Counted from the stretch's first letter, positions 17,278 to 24,851 are shown. The stretch is DNA of 24,851 nt from a virus (IMGVR_UViG_3300044852_000004:1-24851); one strand, 5' to 3'. A program made the numbers and translations. The notes: generated by a model from the letters alone, not told the origin.

Positions 17278-17769
17278 ATGAGTGAAGCAGCACAGCAACA
17301 AATGACCCCTGAACAGGAACAGACCTTCGCGATGTATATCACCGTAGCGCAAGTTGCGCACCAGGTGAATCGCGCTTACTGTCTGTCGATCGGTGACGAT
17401 ACTGTTGTTCCATGGGATCAAGCACCTGATTGGCAAGTTCAGTCGGCAATCGACGGTGTTGCTTTCCATATCGCCAATCCTGATTGCACTCCTGAGCAGT
17501 CGCACAAGAACTGGATGGCTCAGAAAACCCGTGATGGTTGGATCTATGGTAAGGTGAAGCGCCCTGAGGCGAAGATGCATCCGTGTATGGTACCGTACGA
17601 CCAGTTACCACAAGAACAGCGTTCGAAAGACTTCCTGTTCAAGGCAATCTGCGAAGAGTTCGCTGCAATCTTCGGTATGCGTGAACCTGTTGCTGAAGTT
17701 GCAGAGCAAGAAGTAATTACCGTCGCGAAGATTGAAGTTCCAGAGCCGTCACGAATTATCTTGGCGTAA
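17278..17769 (+). CDS. Stand-alone RyR-domain protein
   Basis: H..WM..K..DGW.YG..K....K.HPCMVPY..LP.EQR.KD signature of the RyR repeat. Confidence 0.8.
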   Translation: MSEAAQQQMTPEQEQTFAMYITVAQVAHQVNRAYCLSIGDDTVVPWDQAPDWQVQSAIDGVAFHIANPDCTPEQSHKNWMAQKTRDGWIYGKVKRPEAKMHPCMVPYDQLPQEQRSKDFLFKAICEEFAAIFGMREPVAEVAEQEVITVAKIEVPEPSRIILA

Positions 17770-17830
17770 GTTGTGGATGGGCTCATACTCTGGGCCCTTC
17801 TAATATGAATGTGAGAGAGGATTTAAAGTC

Positions 17831-18064
17831 ATGCTTTCATCATGCTTTGAACGTCGCTTCGGCTGCCAGAACCAACTCGGTGATGAGTTGATTATGTCGG
17901 TGCAATACGGAAGTTTGTTCCTGGGTACAGTGGTTAAACATCACGGCTCTGGTGAACATGATGTACAACTCAGCAAAGAGCAAGCACTTGAACTGATCGA
18001 GGCGCTCACTGAAGTTGTTAATGAACGAATGATTGATGAAGTGGAAAATACCGAATGCAACTGA
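17831..18064 (+). CDS. Hypothetical protein (77 aa)
   Basis: GAGG RBS, fills the gap and overlaps the helicase start. Confidence 0.7.
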   Translation: MLSSCFERRFGCQNQLGDELIMSVQYGSLFLGTVVKHHGSGEHDVQLSKEQALELIEALTEVVNERMIDEVENTECN

Positions 18065-19338
18065 ACCTGAAACAAAACTACGCCTTCAATCAAATCATGA
18101 CTGGGCAAAACATCTTCATCAGTGGTCCTGGTGGAGTTGGTAAATCTGTCCTGGTTGGCAAGATTCGTGACCTGTGTTCCGATAGCACCATCTTCCTCGC
18201 CCCTACAGGCATTGCTGCACAGAACATCAAGGGCGCGACGATTCATAGCACGTTCCGTCTACGTCTCGGTTATCTGTCGCCCTCTCAGCGCGCTAACGTC
18301 AATGAGAAGGTCAAGGAACTGTTCAGCGACGACTCAATCACTCGTATCGTGATCGATGAAATCTCGATGGTACGTGCTGACACGTTCATGGCGATTGACA
18401 TGGCATTGCGTAAAGCAAAGCGTAAGAACAAGCCGTTTGGTGGTCTACAAGTGATCGTCGTTGGTGACTTCTTTCAACTGTCGCCAGTGCTCAACACGAA
18501 GTCGACTGAAGGTGAATACTTCCTGAAAGAGTTCGACAGTCCGTTTGCCTTCGACACCGACACATGGCGTGAAGCGGGTTTCCAGACTATCGAACTAGAC
18601 GAGGTCATGCGTCAGTCTGATGCGGTGTTCATCAACGCGCTCAACAGCATCCGTACCCGTGATGAGAACTTCGAAGCGAGCCTTGAGTTCTTGAATGAAC
18701 AGGGTATGAGCAAAGAAGAGATGGACGATGACACATTGTTCCTGTGTTCGACTAACCGTGAAGCGGATACCGTCAACAAACATAACTATGATGACATCAT
18801 GGGTGAGGAACGTGTTTACGTCGGTAAGAAAAAGGGCCCGTTCAAAGATCTGCCAGTACCTGAATGCCTGTCGCTGAAAGTCGGTGTTAAGGTACTGATC
18901 TGCGCGAACGCGCTCGATGGCTCGTATTACAACGGTCAGACAGGTCACGTTGAAAAGATGTTCAATGACAGCATCATGATTCAACTGGAAACGGGTGAAC
19001 ATATTACTGTCAAAGAGTTCAAGTGGACTGAGTATGAGTACTTCAGTGGTGAGGGTGGTGTAGGGGTTAAACCTGTCGCTGACTATCAACAGTTCCCGTT
19101 GCGTCTTGGCTACGCATGTACTGTGCACAAATCTCAGGGTCTGAGCTTGTCGCAAGCGGCGCTGTACACTGGCAACGGATTCTTTGCACACGGACAGGGC
19201 TATGTGGCGTTCAGTCGTCTACGGACCCTTGCAGGGCTTTACGTACTGAAAGAGATCGCACGCAAAGACATCATTGTTGACCGTCGTGTGACTGAGTTCT
19301 ATGCAAACAACAAGTTTGCCAACCTGATGAACATGTGA
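18055..19338 (+). CDS. Pif1/RecD-like SF1B DNA helicase
   Basis: GPGGVGKS, APTGIAA, TIHS, IDEISM, PFGGLQ..VGDFFQL, MRQ, QFPL.LGYA.TVHKSQG, YVAFSR motifs. Confidence 0.93.
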   Translation: MQLNLKQNYAFNQIMTGQNIFISGPGGVGKSVLVGKIRDLCSDSTIFLAPTGIAAQNIKGATIHSTFRLRLGYLSPSQRANVNEKVKELFSDDSITRIVIDEISMVRADTFMAIDMALRKAKRKNKPFGGLQVIVVGDFFQLSPVLNTKSTEGEYFLKEFDSPFAFDTDTWREAGFQTIELDEVMRQSDAVFINALNSIRTRDENFEASLEFLNEQGMSKEEMDDDTLFLCSTNREADTVNKHNYDDIMGEERVYVGKKKGPFKDLPVPECLSLKVGVKVLICANALDGSYYNGQTGHVEKMFNDSIMIQLETGEHITVKEFKWTEYEYFSGEGGVGVKPVADYQQFPLRLGYACTVHKSQGLSLSQAALYTGNGFFAHGQGYVAFSRLRTLAGLYVLKEIARKDIIVDRRVTEFYANNKFANLMNM

Positions 19339-19347
19339 GGTATTGAT

Positions 19348-19512
19348 ATGAAATGGTTTTTCTACACGCCGCGATATTCTTATTGGGATATGATCCCTGT
19401 AGCGGCGATTAGCGCAGGCGTTCAGCATGATAACTGGACTCTCGTTGGTGTCGCATTTGCGATAGCAGTAGGTCTTAACGTTGTAATTGAGATGCGTTAT
19501 AACAAGAAGTAA
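19348..19512 (+). CDS. Small membrane protein (54 aa), not in the ORF track
   Basis: GAGGT RBS; MKWFFYTPRYSYWDMIPVAAISAGVQHDNWTLVGVAFAIAVGLNVVIEMRYNKK; followed by a terminator. Confidence 0.7.
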   Translation: MKWFFYTPRYSYWDMIPVAAISAGVQHDNWTLVGVAFAIAVGLNVVIEMRYNKK

Positions 19513-19518
19513 CAAATC

Positions 19519-19544
19519 AACACCGCTGTCAAAGGCGGTGTTTT
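19519..19544 (+). terminator. Rho-independent terminator
   Basis: AACACCGC-loop-GCGGTGTT followed by TT. Confidence 0.7.
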
Positions 19545-19556
19545 ACTATCTGAGGA

Positions 19557-19988
19557 ATGAAAATGATTGACCATTTTGACGGTGACTTCAAGTTTCTGAG
19601 CAACTTCTACCCTGTTGAGGTTGAGTTAAGCAACATCATGTTCCCGAGTGTCGAACACGCCTATCAAGCAGCAAAGACCGATGACTGGGATGATCGTTGC
19701 AGGTTTAGTCTTATCGAGACAGCGGGCCAAGCAAAACGTGCTGGTCAAAAGCTCAAGTTGAAGCAAGACTGGCACTTACACAAGCGCAGGATCATGGAAG
19801 AGCTGCTGATACAGAAGTTTAAACACCCTGAGTTGCGCGCAATGCTGATGGCGACCGAAGGGCATGATCTAGTAGAGGGTAACTATTGGGGCGATACATA
19901 CTGGGGAATCTATAACGGCAAGGGTCATAACTACTTAGGTAAGATCCTGATGTCAATCAGAAACGGTATCAGTATGGGGTTACTCTAA
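19557..19988 (+). CDS. NADAR (YbiA-like) family protein
   Basis: FLSNFY, FPSVEHAYQAAK, KF..PELR..L..T, LVE...WGD.YWG, G.N.LG.ILM.IR motifs. Confidence 0.92.
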   Translation: MKMIDHFDGDFKFLSNFYPVEVELSNIMFPSVEHAYQAAKTDDWDDRCRFSLIETAGQAKRAGQKLKLKQDWHLHKRRIMEELLIQKFKHPELRAMLMATEGHDLVEGNYWGDTYWGIYNGKGHNYLGKILMSIRNGISMGLL

Positions 19989-20249
19989 ATGGATCGCATT
20001 TTCTTCTTTGGTCGCGACACAGTTGAAGCACACGGGATCGCCGAAAGACTGGGCTTCGGTCGTGGTCAATATATCGTAGTGATCGGTGGTGAAGACAATC
20101 GTACACGAGGCTTGCGCGGTGAGACGATGTTTGTGGTAGGGAATGCCGCTGATCGCAAAGACTACAACGAAGTGGTCTGTAATGCGTTGATGAATAACTT
20201 CGTCGTCATTTACATCGACGACGAAGTACTCAGTTTGATTGAAGGTTAG
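19989..20249 (+). CDS. Hypothetical protein (86 aa)
   Basis: Starts immediately after the NADAR stop; small alpha/beta-like pattern. Confidence 0.7.
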   Translation: MDRIFFFGRDTVEAHGIAERLGFGRGQYIVVIGGEDNRTRGLRGETMFVVGNAADRKDYNEVVCNALMNNFVVIYIDDEVLSLIEG

Positions 20250-21424
20250 AGTTCTGCCGATGCGGTCCATGTATGGGACAGAGATGCATTACCAGTGGCA
20301 GTAACAGTACCATATACTGTGAATCCGTTAGGGGCTGGGTTAGACGCCCCTGCCGCACTCATGTTAGCCAGGCTTGAGCCAGTAATACCCATTGTAGGTA
20401 CTGCGCGCATTGTTGACTTAAATTCAACCTGGTTTCCTATGTTACTACCTCCGACGTTATACCCTGCAATAACGCCGCCGCCTGTACCATAGTAACGCTG
20501 ACACATAGAAGTTTCATGAGTGATAGAGCGGCGTTCAAACGGTGTCGCAGTTCCGGCTTCAAACTGCAAATCGGTCAACGAGATATAGTTACCAGCAGTA
20601 GCGCCCCAGTTGACCGACGATGGGACTGTTATATAATTGCCAGTATTCCATACACCACCAGAAGGTGCTTGGAAAGTACCAGTGTTGATTGATCCCACTG
20701 TTACTGTCATACCCGTGGCGTTTGATGTAGGGATTACCGCTCCTACGGGTACAGCAGGAAGGTTAATGGTCACTTTGATCGTGACGCCAGAAACCGCAGC
20801 AAATGACGTGTTGTAGCTTACTGATCCTGTACTGTCACGAACCGCAACACTGAAAGTACCTGTCACGTTTGTTTTGAACAGGAATGACAAAGCAACTGGG
20901 CTACCGGCAAGATCAAAGCAGTTGAACCCTTCAATGTACTGAAGAATACCACTCCAATAGTTTACGCCCGATGTACTAACAATTGCCGTGTTTACGGTCT
21001 GAACAATGGCCAGTTTTGTCACATTACCATCAACGATTGTGCCCTGCGACTGAGTGAACTGTCCACCAGCGGTGCCTGAGTTTGTCGCAAAGAAACGGTC
21101 GGGGCCAGCATAGCCACCAGCGCCTGTTGCGAACGCCGCTGAAGCGCGCTGAGCAATAAGACAAGCACCATTGATAATCCGGTTACGGCCAGGAACACCA
21201 AGAGCCGCACGCGCTGTATCCGGCGTGTTACCACCCGTACCACCTTGAGCGATACTGAGAGCAGTTGTCAAGCCAGTCAACGAAGTGATGTCGCCGTTGG
21301 CACCCTTTACAGCCTTACCATTCTCGACTGCGGTTACACGCGCAGGTAGAGCAGTCAACGTGGCAGTGGGTACGTTGGTACTGTCATCCTGTGCGGCGAT
21401 TGTGTCTACTCGAATCTTTGACAT
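20246..21424 (-). CDS. Tail fibre / receptor-binding protein (paralog C), isolated among replication genes
   Basis: MSKIRVDTI N-terminus, KGANGDITSLTGLTTALSIAQGGTG motif, RNRIING...DRF domain, QFEAG.ATPFERR...CQRYY. Confidence 0.78.
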   Translation of the reverse strand: MSKIRVDTIAAQDDSTNVPTATLTALPARVTAVENGKAVKGANGDITSLTGLTTALSIAQGGTGGNTPDTARAALGVPGRNRIINGACLIAQRASAAFATGAGGYAGPDRFFATNSGTAGGQFTQSQGTIVDGNVTKLAIVQTVNTAIVSTSGVNYWSGILQYIEGFNCFDLAGSPVALSFLFKTNVTGTFSVAVRDSTGSVSYNTSFAAVSGVTIKVTINLPAVPVGAVIPTSNATGMTVTVGSINTGTFQAPSGGVWNTGNYITVPSSVNWGATAGNYISLTDLQFEAGTATPFERRSITHETSMCQRYYGTGGGVIAGYNVGGSNIGNQVEFKSTMRAVPTMGITGSSLANMSAAGASNPAPNGFTVYGTVTATGNASLSHTWTASAEL

Positions 21425-21463
21425 ACATGATAACCTTTGTGTGAATACGGTTCTATATGAAGC

Positions 21464-21471
21464 TATTTATA
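21464..21471 (-). promoter_or_regulatory. T4 late promoter TATAAATA for fibre C
   Basis: Exact consensus 40 nt upstream of the ATG. Confidence 0.8.
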
Positions 21472-21479
21472 AGTAACCA

Positions 21480-21507
21480 TTGTGTTCCAACAGAATCCAT
21501 GTATACT
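21480..21507 (+). promoter_or_regulatory. Putative promoter TTGTGT-N16-TATACT for DNA ligase
   Basis: Good -10, weak -35, same geometry as the promoters at 13664 and 17183. Confidence 0.5.
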
Positions 21508-21542
21508 TGTCCACACAACCCCTGAACTAGGATAATATCCAC

Positions 21543-22865
21543 ATGCTTAACGTACTGAATGAACTTGCGTCGACTAACGCTCGGACTGAGAAGGAATCTA
21601 TCCTGACCAGACTGCAAGGTGGTGAGGCTGCACTGTTCAAGAAAATCGGGATTGCTACCTACAGTCCTGAAATCTCCTACAACATCAAGAAGTACCCGCG
21701 CCCTGTTGCATACACAGGCACTAACACCCTGTCTGACGCTATTGATGGTCTGAAGACCCTGTCGTCTCGCCAGTTGACTGGTAAGAAGGCAATCGACTAC
21801 ATCACTCGACTAGAAGGCTCGTTGTCTGCCGAAGACGGTGAAATTCTGTTCCGTATCATCAAGAAAGACCTGCGTTGTGGTCTGACTGAATCGACGATGA
21901 ACAAGATCTGGCCGGATCTGATCTACACGCCGCCGTATCAGCGTTGCTCATCGTTCAACAAGAAGAACCTGGCGAAGCTCAAGCTGCCTGCATACAGCCA
22001 GACCAAGTCCGACGGCATGTACGTTGATATCATCGCCAATGATGGTAAAGTGATCTACCGTTCGCGCAATTGCGAAGTCAAGCCCTACAACAACCAGGCG
22101 ACTGATGGTATGTTTGAACAGGGCTTCGTCTACATGGGTGAAGCCCTGTACACGGATGATAAAGGTAAGATCATGTCGCGCAAAGACGGCAACGGCCGCC
22201 TAAACGCTGATGATGTTGACACCAGCCGCATCGTGTTCGTGCTGTGGGACATCGTGCCTATTGCCGACTACAACGCTCGCCTCTGCAAAATCAAGTATGC
22301 AACGCGCCTGAACACCCTGAAGCTCTCAATAGCCGGCAAGTCCGATGCACTGCGCCTGGTGTCGACGAAAGTGGTCAACAGCGTCAAAGACATCATCGAC
22401 CACTTCAAAGAGGAAGTCGAGAAAGGTGAAGAAGGGACTGTGATCAAGAACCAGGACGGTATCTGGGCCGACCACACTTCTCCAGACCAAGTCAAGTGCA
22501 AAATTGAATTCGAGTGTGAACTTGAAATCATCGCGCTCGAAGAAGGTACAGGTAAGAACAAAGGCCGTCTTGGTGCTGCCGTGTGCGCATCGTCTGATCG
22601 CAAGCTGGTCACGGGTGTGGGTACTGGCTTCAGTGACAAGCAACGTCAAGAGCTTTGGGACGATCCTGCAACTGTCGGTAAGATCATCACAGTCAAAGCC
22701 AACGATATCGTCAAAGACCGCAATCGTGACGTGTTCGCCTTGTTCCTGCCACGCAACATCGCCGCCGTAGAAGTCCGTACAGACAAAACAATGGCAGATA
22801 CATATGAGCGTATTGTTGAACAAATGAACGCATTCGTAGACACACTAGAGGCTATCGGTAAATGA
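21543..22865 (+). CDS. gp30: ATP-dependent DNA ligase, T4 gp30-like
   Basis: KSDG adenylation motif, GEA, WD, EGTVIK, KCK, EGTGKN.G.LGA, VGTGFSD motifs. Confidence 0.95.
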   Translation: MLNVLNELASTNARTEKESILTRLQGGEAALFKKIGIATYSPEISYNIKKYPRPVAYTGTNTLSDAIDGLKTLSSRQLTGKKAIDYITRLEGSLSAEDGEILFRIIKKDLRCGLTESTMNKIWPDLIYTPPYQRCSSFNKKNLAKLKLPAYSQTKSDGMYVDIIANDGKVIYRSRNCEVKPYNNQATDGMFEQGFVYMGEALYTDDKGKIMSRKDGNGRLNADDVDTSRIVFVLWDIVPIADYNARLCKIKYATRLNTLKLSIAGKSDALRLVSTKVVNSVKDIIDHFKEEVEKGEEGTVIKNQDGIWADHTSPDQVKCKIEFECELEIIALEEGTGKNKGRLGAAVCASSDRKLVTGVGTGFSDKQRQELWDDPATVGKIITVKANDIVKDRNRDVFALFLPRNIAAVEVRTDKTMADTYERIVEQMNAFVDTLEAIGK

Positions 22866-23119
22866 ACAAAACGCTTGACGACATCGCAACCACACTCGAA
22901 AACAAGGTAACCCAATTGGAAAACAAAGTTCCTACAACCAAAATCATCAAACGCTACAGCATCGGCCTGCCGTTCGGTCTGATCTTCGGTATCCTGTGGG
23001 GCATGGGTGTAATCGTCGCAAAAGGCTTCTGGGCAACACTAGCCGCATTCTTCATCCCGTTCATCGGTCCTGCGACCAGTGTGATGTGGTTGCTTGAAAA
23101 GTTCGCAGGGGTTAGTTGA
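22862..23119 (+). CDS. Small membrane protein
   Basis: ATGA overlap with ligase; W..G.IVAKGFW.TL.A.FIPF hydrophobic hairpin. Confidence 0.75.
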   Translation: MNKTLDDIATTLENKVTQLENKVPTTKIIKRYSIGLPFGLIFGILWGMGVIVAKGFWATLAAFFIPFIGPATSVMWLLEKFAGVS

Positions 23120-23385
23120 TGGCACTGTATGACTATCAATGTAAGGCGTGCGAACATCGGTGGGAAGGCGTCTACTCGATTGCCAATCGCAAGAAGCCTG
23201 AAGGTGAACCGTGCCCTGAGTGTGGTGAGATGGAAGTGATGCAGGCTATCACGACCGCATGCATCGGTTATACCTACAAGACGGCCAGTGTCAAGACCAC
23301 TGACAGCTTCAATGATCGCATGAAAGAGATCAAAAAGAAGTTGCCGCCGAAGTATCAGGATAACATCAGCAACATCATTCGGTAA
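23119..23385 (+). CDS. FmdB-family zinc-ribbon protein
   Basis: M.LYDYQCKACEH...PCPECG; usual neighbour of phoH in T4-like phages. Confidence 0.85.
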   Translation: MALYDYQCKACEHRWEGVYSIANRKKPEGEPCPECGEMEVMQAITTACIGYTYKTASVKTTDSFNDRMKEIKKKLPPKYQDNISNIIR

Positions 23386-23391
23386 TAAATA
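23384..23391 (+). promoter_or_regulatory. Late promoter (AATAAATA)
   Basis: TAAATAG core matching the other late promoters in this window. Confidence 0.55.
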
Positions 23392-23396
23392 GGTTT

Positions 23397-23493
23397 ACAT
23401 AAAACAAGATAAGGATCATGTCATGACTGACATCGGATGCGAAGAATAAGAAAACTTTAGGCTCTAACTGAATTCTCGGTTAGAGCCTTTTTT
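23397..23493 (+). ncRNA. Candidate ~95-nt late small RNA or mini-ORF transcript
   Basis: Bounded by a late promoter and a strong terminator; two A-rich tracts flank a central hairpin. Confidence 0.35.
23459..23493 (+). terminator. Strong rho-independent terminator
   Basis: AGGCTCTAACTGA-ATTC-TCGGTTAGAGCCT followed by TTTTT. Confidence 0.85.
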
Positions 23494-23555
23494 GTGACTA
23501 ACTAAGTAATCAAGAAGCCCAAACTATCGCAGTTAGATAAAATAAGGTGTACGCC

Positions 23556-24338
23556 ATGTCAAGTAACGCACGCTTCAAACGCGAAACCCGTAAAGAACGC
23601 CGTGATGCAGAACGCGCAAGCAAGAACCCAGCTCCACAGCGCGGCAAGCCCTCTGCCAACGACAGCAATACTGGCGAATCACTTGAGTATGAATATAAGC
23701 CTGCTGCTACAAAGAAGCTTGAACCACTGACAAAGGGTCAAGAGATCCACATTGACGCACTGCTACATGATGATATTGTTATCTCGATTGGTTCGGCTGG
23801 TACAGGTAAGACTTATCTGTCTGCGGCTGTCGCTGCTGATCTGTACAAGAATGGCATGGTCAAAAAGATCATCATGTCTCGACCACCAGTTGAGGTTGGA
23901 CCGAAACTCGGTTTCCTGCCTGGTGATATCGACGACAAGTTTGCTCCTTACCTTGAACCATTCAAGGCTGGACTTCTGGATCGTCTTGGCTCAAACAAGT
24001 TTAAATGTGACTACAAGTCGCGTATACTGGCCAAGCCACTTGCTTACATGCGTGGTGCGACGTTTGATGATGCTGTGATGTTGCTCGACGAAGCACAGAA
24101 CACCTCTGTTGCTGAGATGAAAATGTTCCTGACTCGTGCAGGTACTAATTCGAAGATCTTCATCAGTGGTGACATCAATCAGACTGACCTGGGCTCGAAG
24201 GAAACTGGTCTGTCATGGCTGGTACGTCAAATCGAGAAGCGCAACAAGCCTATCGAGATCGTGCGCTATACCCGTGCAGATTGCATCCGCTCTGGTCTGT
24301 GTGCTGACATGCTTGAACTGATTGAAGGAGAAGTCTAA
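23556..24338 (+). CDS. phoH: PhoH-like ATPase
   Basis: GSAGTGKT, SRP.V, LGFLPGD, PL.YMRG.TF, LDEAQN, GD..Q.D, D.IRS motifs; TAAGGT RBS. Confidence 0.95.
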   Translation: MSSNARFKRETRKERRDAERASKNPAPQRGKPSANDSNTGESLEYEYKPAATKKLEPLTKGQEIHIDALLHDDIVISIGSAGTGKTYLSAAVAADLYKNGMVKKIIMSRPPVEVGPKLGFLPGDIDDKFAPYLEPFKAGLLDRLGSNKFKCDYKSRILAKPLAYMRGATFDDAVMLLDEAQNTSVAEMKMFLTRAGTNSKIFISGDINQTDLGSKETGLSWLVRQIEKRNKPIEIVRYTRADCIRSGLCADMLELIEGEV

Positions 24339-24409
24339 CATGAATGAAGAGGAATGGGTTGATGATGAGCGTCCAGACATCTGATGTAAGGCCTGATATC
24401 TAAATCACC

Positions 24410-24433
24410 AAACCCTGAGCAATCAGGGTTTTT
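24410..24433 (+). terminator. Rho-independent terminator after phoH
   Basis: AAACCCTGA-GCAA-TCAGGGTTT followed by TT (GNRA loop). Confidence 0.85.
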
Positions 24434-24454
24434 CATTTACAGTAGGATATAATA

Positions 24455-24616
24455 ATGAACCTTAAAGAGTTTGAAGATCTGTGCGCAAACGTTGACTCTT
24501 CAACATTACCGCCACTGCGCAAGTATGACCCTGAAGCATGTTTGGCTATAGTCAGGAAGTACCTTGAACAAGGGAAGTTTGAGTTGAACACTGATGAGGC
24601 TCAACACGATGCTTGA
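24455..24616 (+). CDS. Hypothetical protein (53 aa), not in the ORF track
   Basis: AGGA RBS; MNLKEFEDLCANVDSSTLPPLRKYDPEACLAIVRKYLEQGKFELNTDEAQHDA. Confidence 0.6.
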   Translation: MNLKEFEDLCANVDSSTLPPLRKYDPEACLAIVRKYLEQGKFELNTDEAQHDA

Positions 24617-24851
24617 TTGGAAGAAATTCGAGTGGGTCAAAGTACCACTTGAAGACCTCAAGACCGAAGAAGGTGAAACGCGCTATTACATCATCGACGA
24701 AAACACCAAGTTCCCATCAATGACCTCGATTCTCGGTCTGTTGGACGATGGCGGTATCGATGAGTGGCGTGAACGCGTAGGTGAAGAGGAAGCTGACAAG
24801 ATCGTCAAAGATGCAGTTGCACGCGGTAACAACCTGCATGATCTGTCTGAA
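24609..24851 (+). CDS. PD-(D/E)xK exonuclease (T4-like, phoH-linked), partial
   Basis: MLDWKKF...RYY...FPSMTSIL...EWRERVGEEEADKI...ARG..LH, typical N-terminus of this family; runs off the window. Confidence 0.8.
   Translation, partial: MLDWKKFEWVKVPLEDLKTEEGETRYYIIDENTKFPSMTSILGLLDDGGIDEWRERVGEEEADKIVKDAVARGNNLHDLSE

Noticed and set aside
19219-19515. 98-aa minus-strand ORF
   Set aside because: The plus-strand 54-aa ORF with RBS and terminator explains the region better.
10050-21315. Invertible shufflon or diversity-generating retroelement among the fibre genes
   Set aside because: All fibres are on the same strand with no exact DNA repeats, and no invertase or reverse transcriptase is in the window.
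23393-23421. GTTTAC as a T4 early -35 element
   Set aside because: No acceptable -10 at the proper spacing.
1-24851. tRNA, rRNA, introns or inteins
   Set aside because: No cloverleaf or rRNA-like sequence seen; core genes have ordinary lengths and appear uninterrupted.

Overview
This window is part of a T4-like (Tevenvirinae-related) myophage genome. The Pseudomonas-like host is my inference from the tail-fibre domain types. The left half (1-11933, minus strand) is a late structural block. In transcription order it holds two paralogous fibre genes with a DUF4376-type chaperone, baseplate wedge gp8, a 1638-aa VrlC/DUF4815-like virion protein, two small virion proteins, neck gp13, a 2-TM holin-like insert, gp14 and a partial gp15. 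An AT-rich divergent control region follows. The right half (plus strand) encodes a split bacterial-Pnkp-like kinase and phosphatase, gp45/44/62, regA, a RyR-domain protein, a Pif1/RecD-like helicase, NADAR, DNA ligase, an FmdB zinc ribbon, PhoH and a partial exonuclease. Two antisense, late-promoter-driven genes interrupt it: a GIY-YIG homing endonuclease and a third fibre gene. The most interesting signals are (1) a possible adaptor-plus-interchangeable-fibre system, (2) the split Pnkp healing pair, (3) a candidate late small RNA or mini-ORF unit upstream of phoH with Hfq/Crc-type A-rich motifs, and (4) a recurrent 16-bp-spacer promoter class. All family assignments come from motif recognition; no database search was run.
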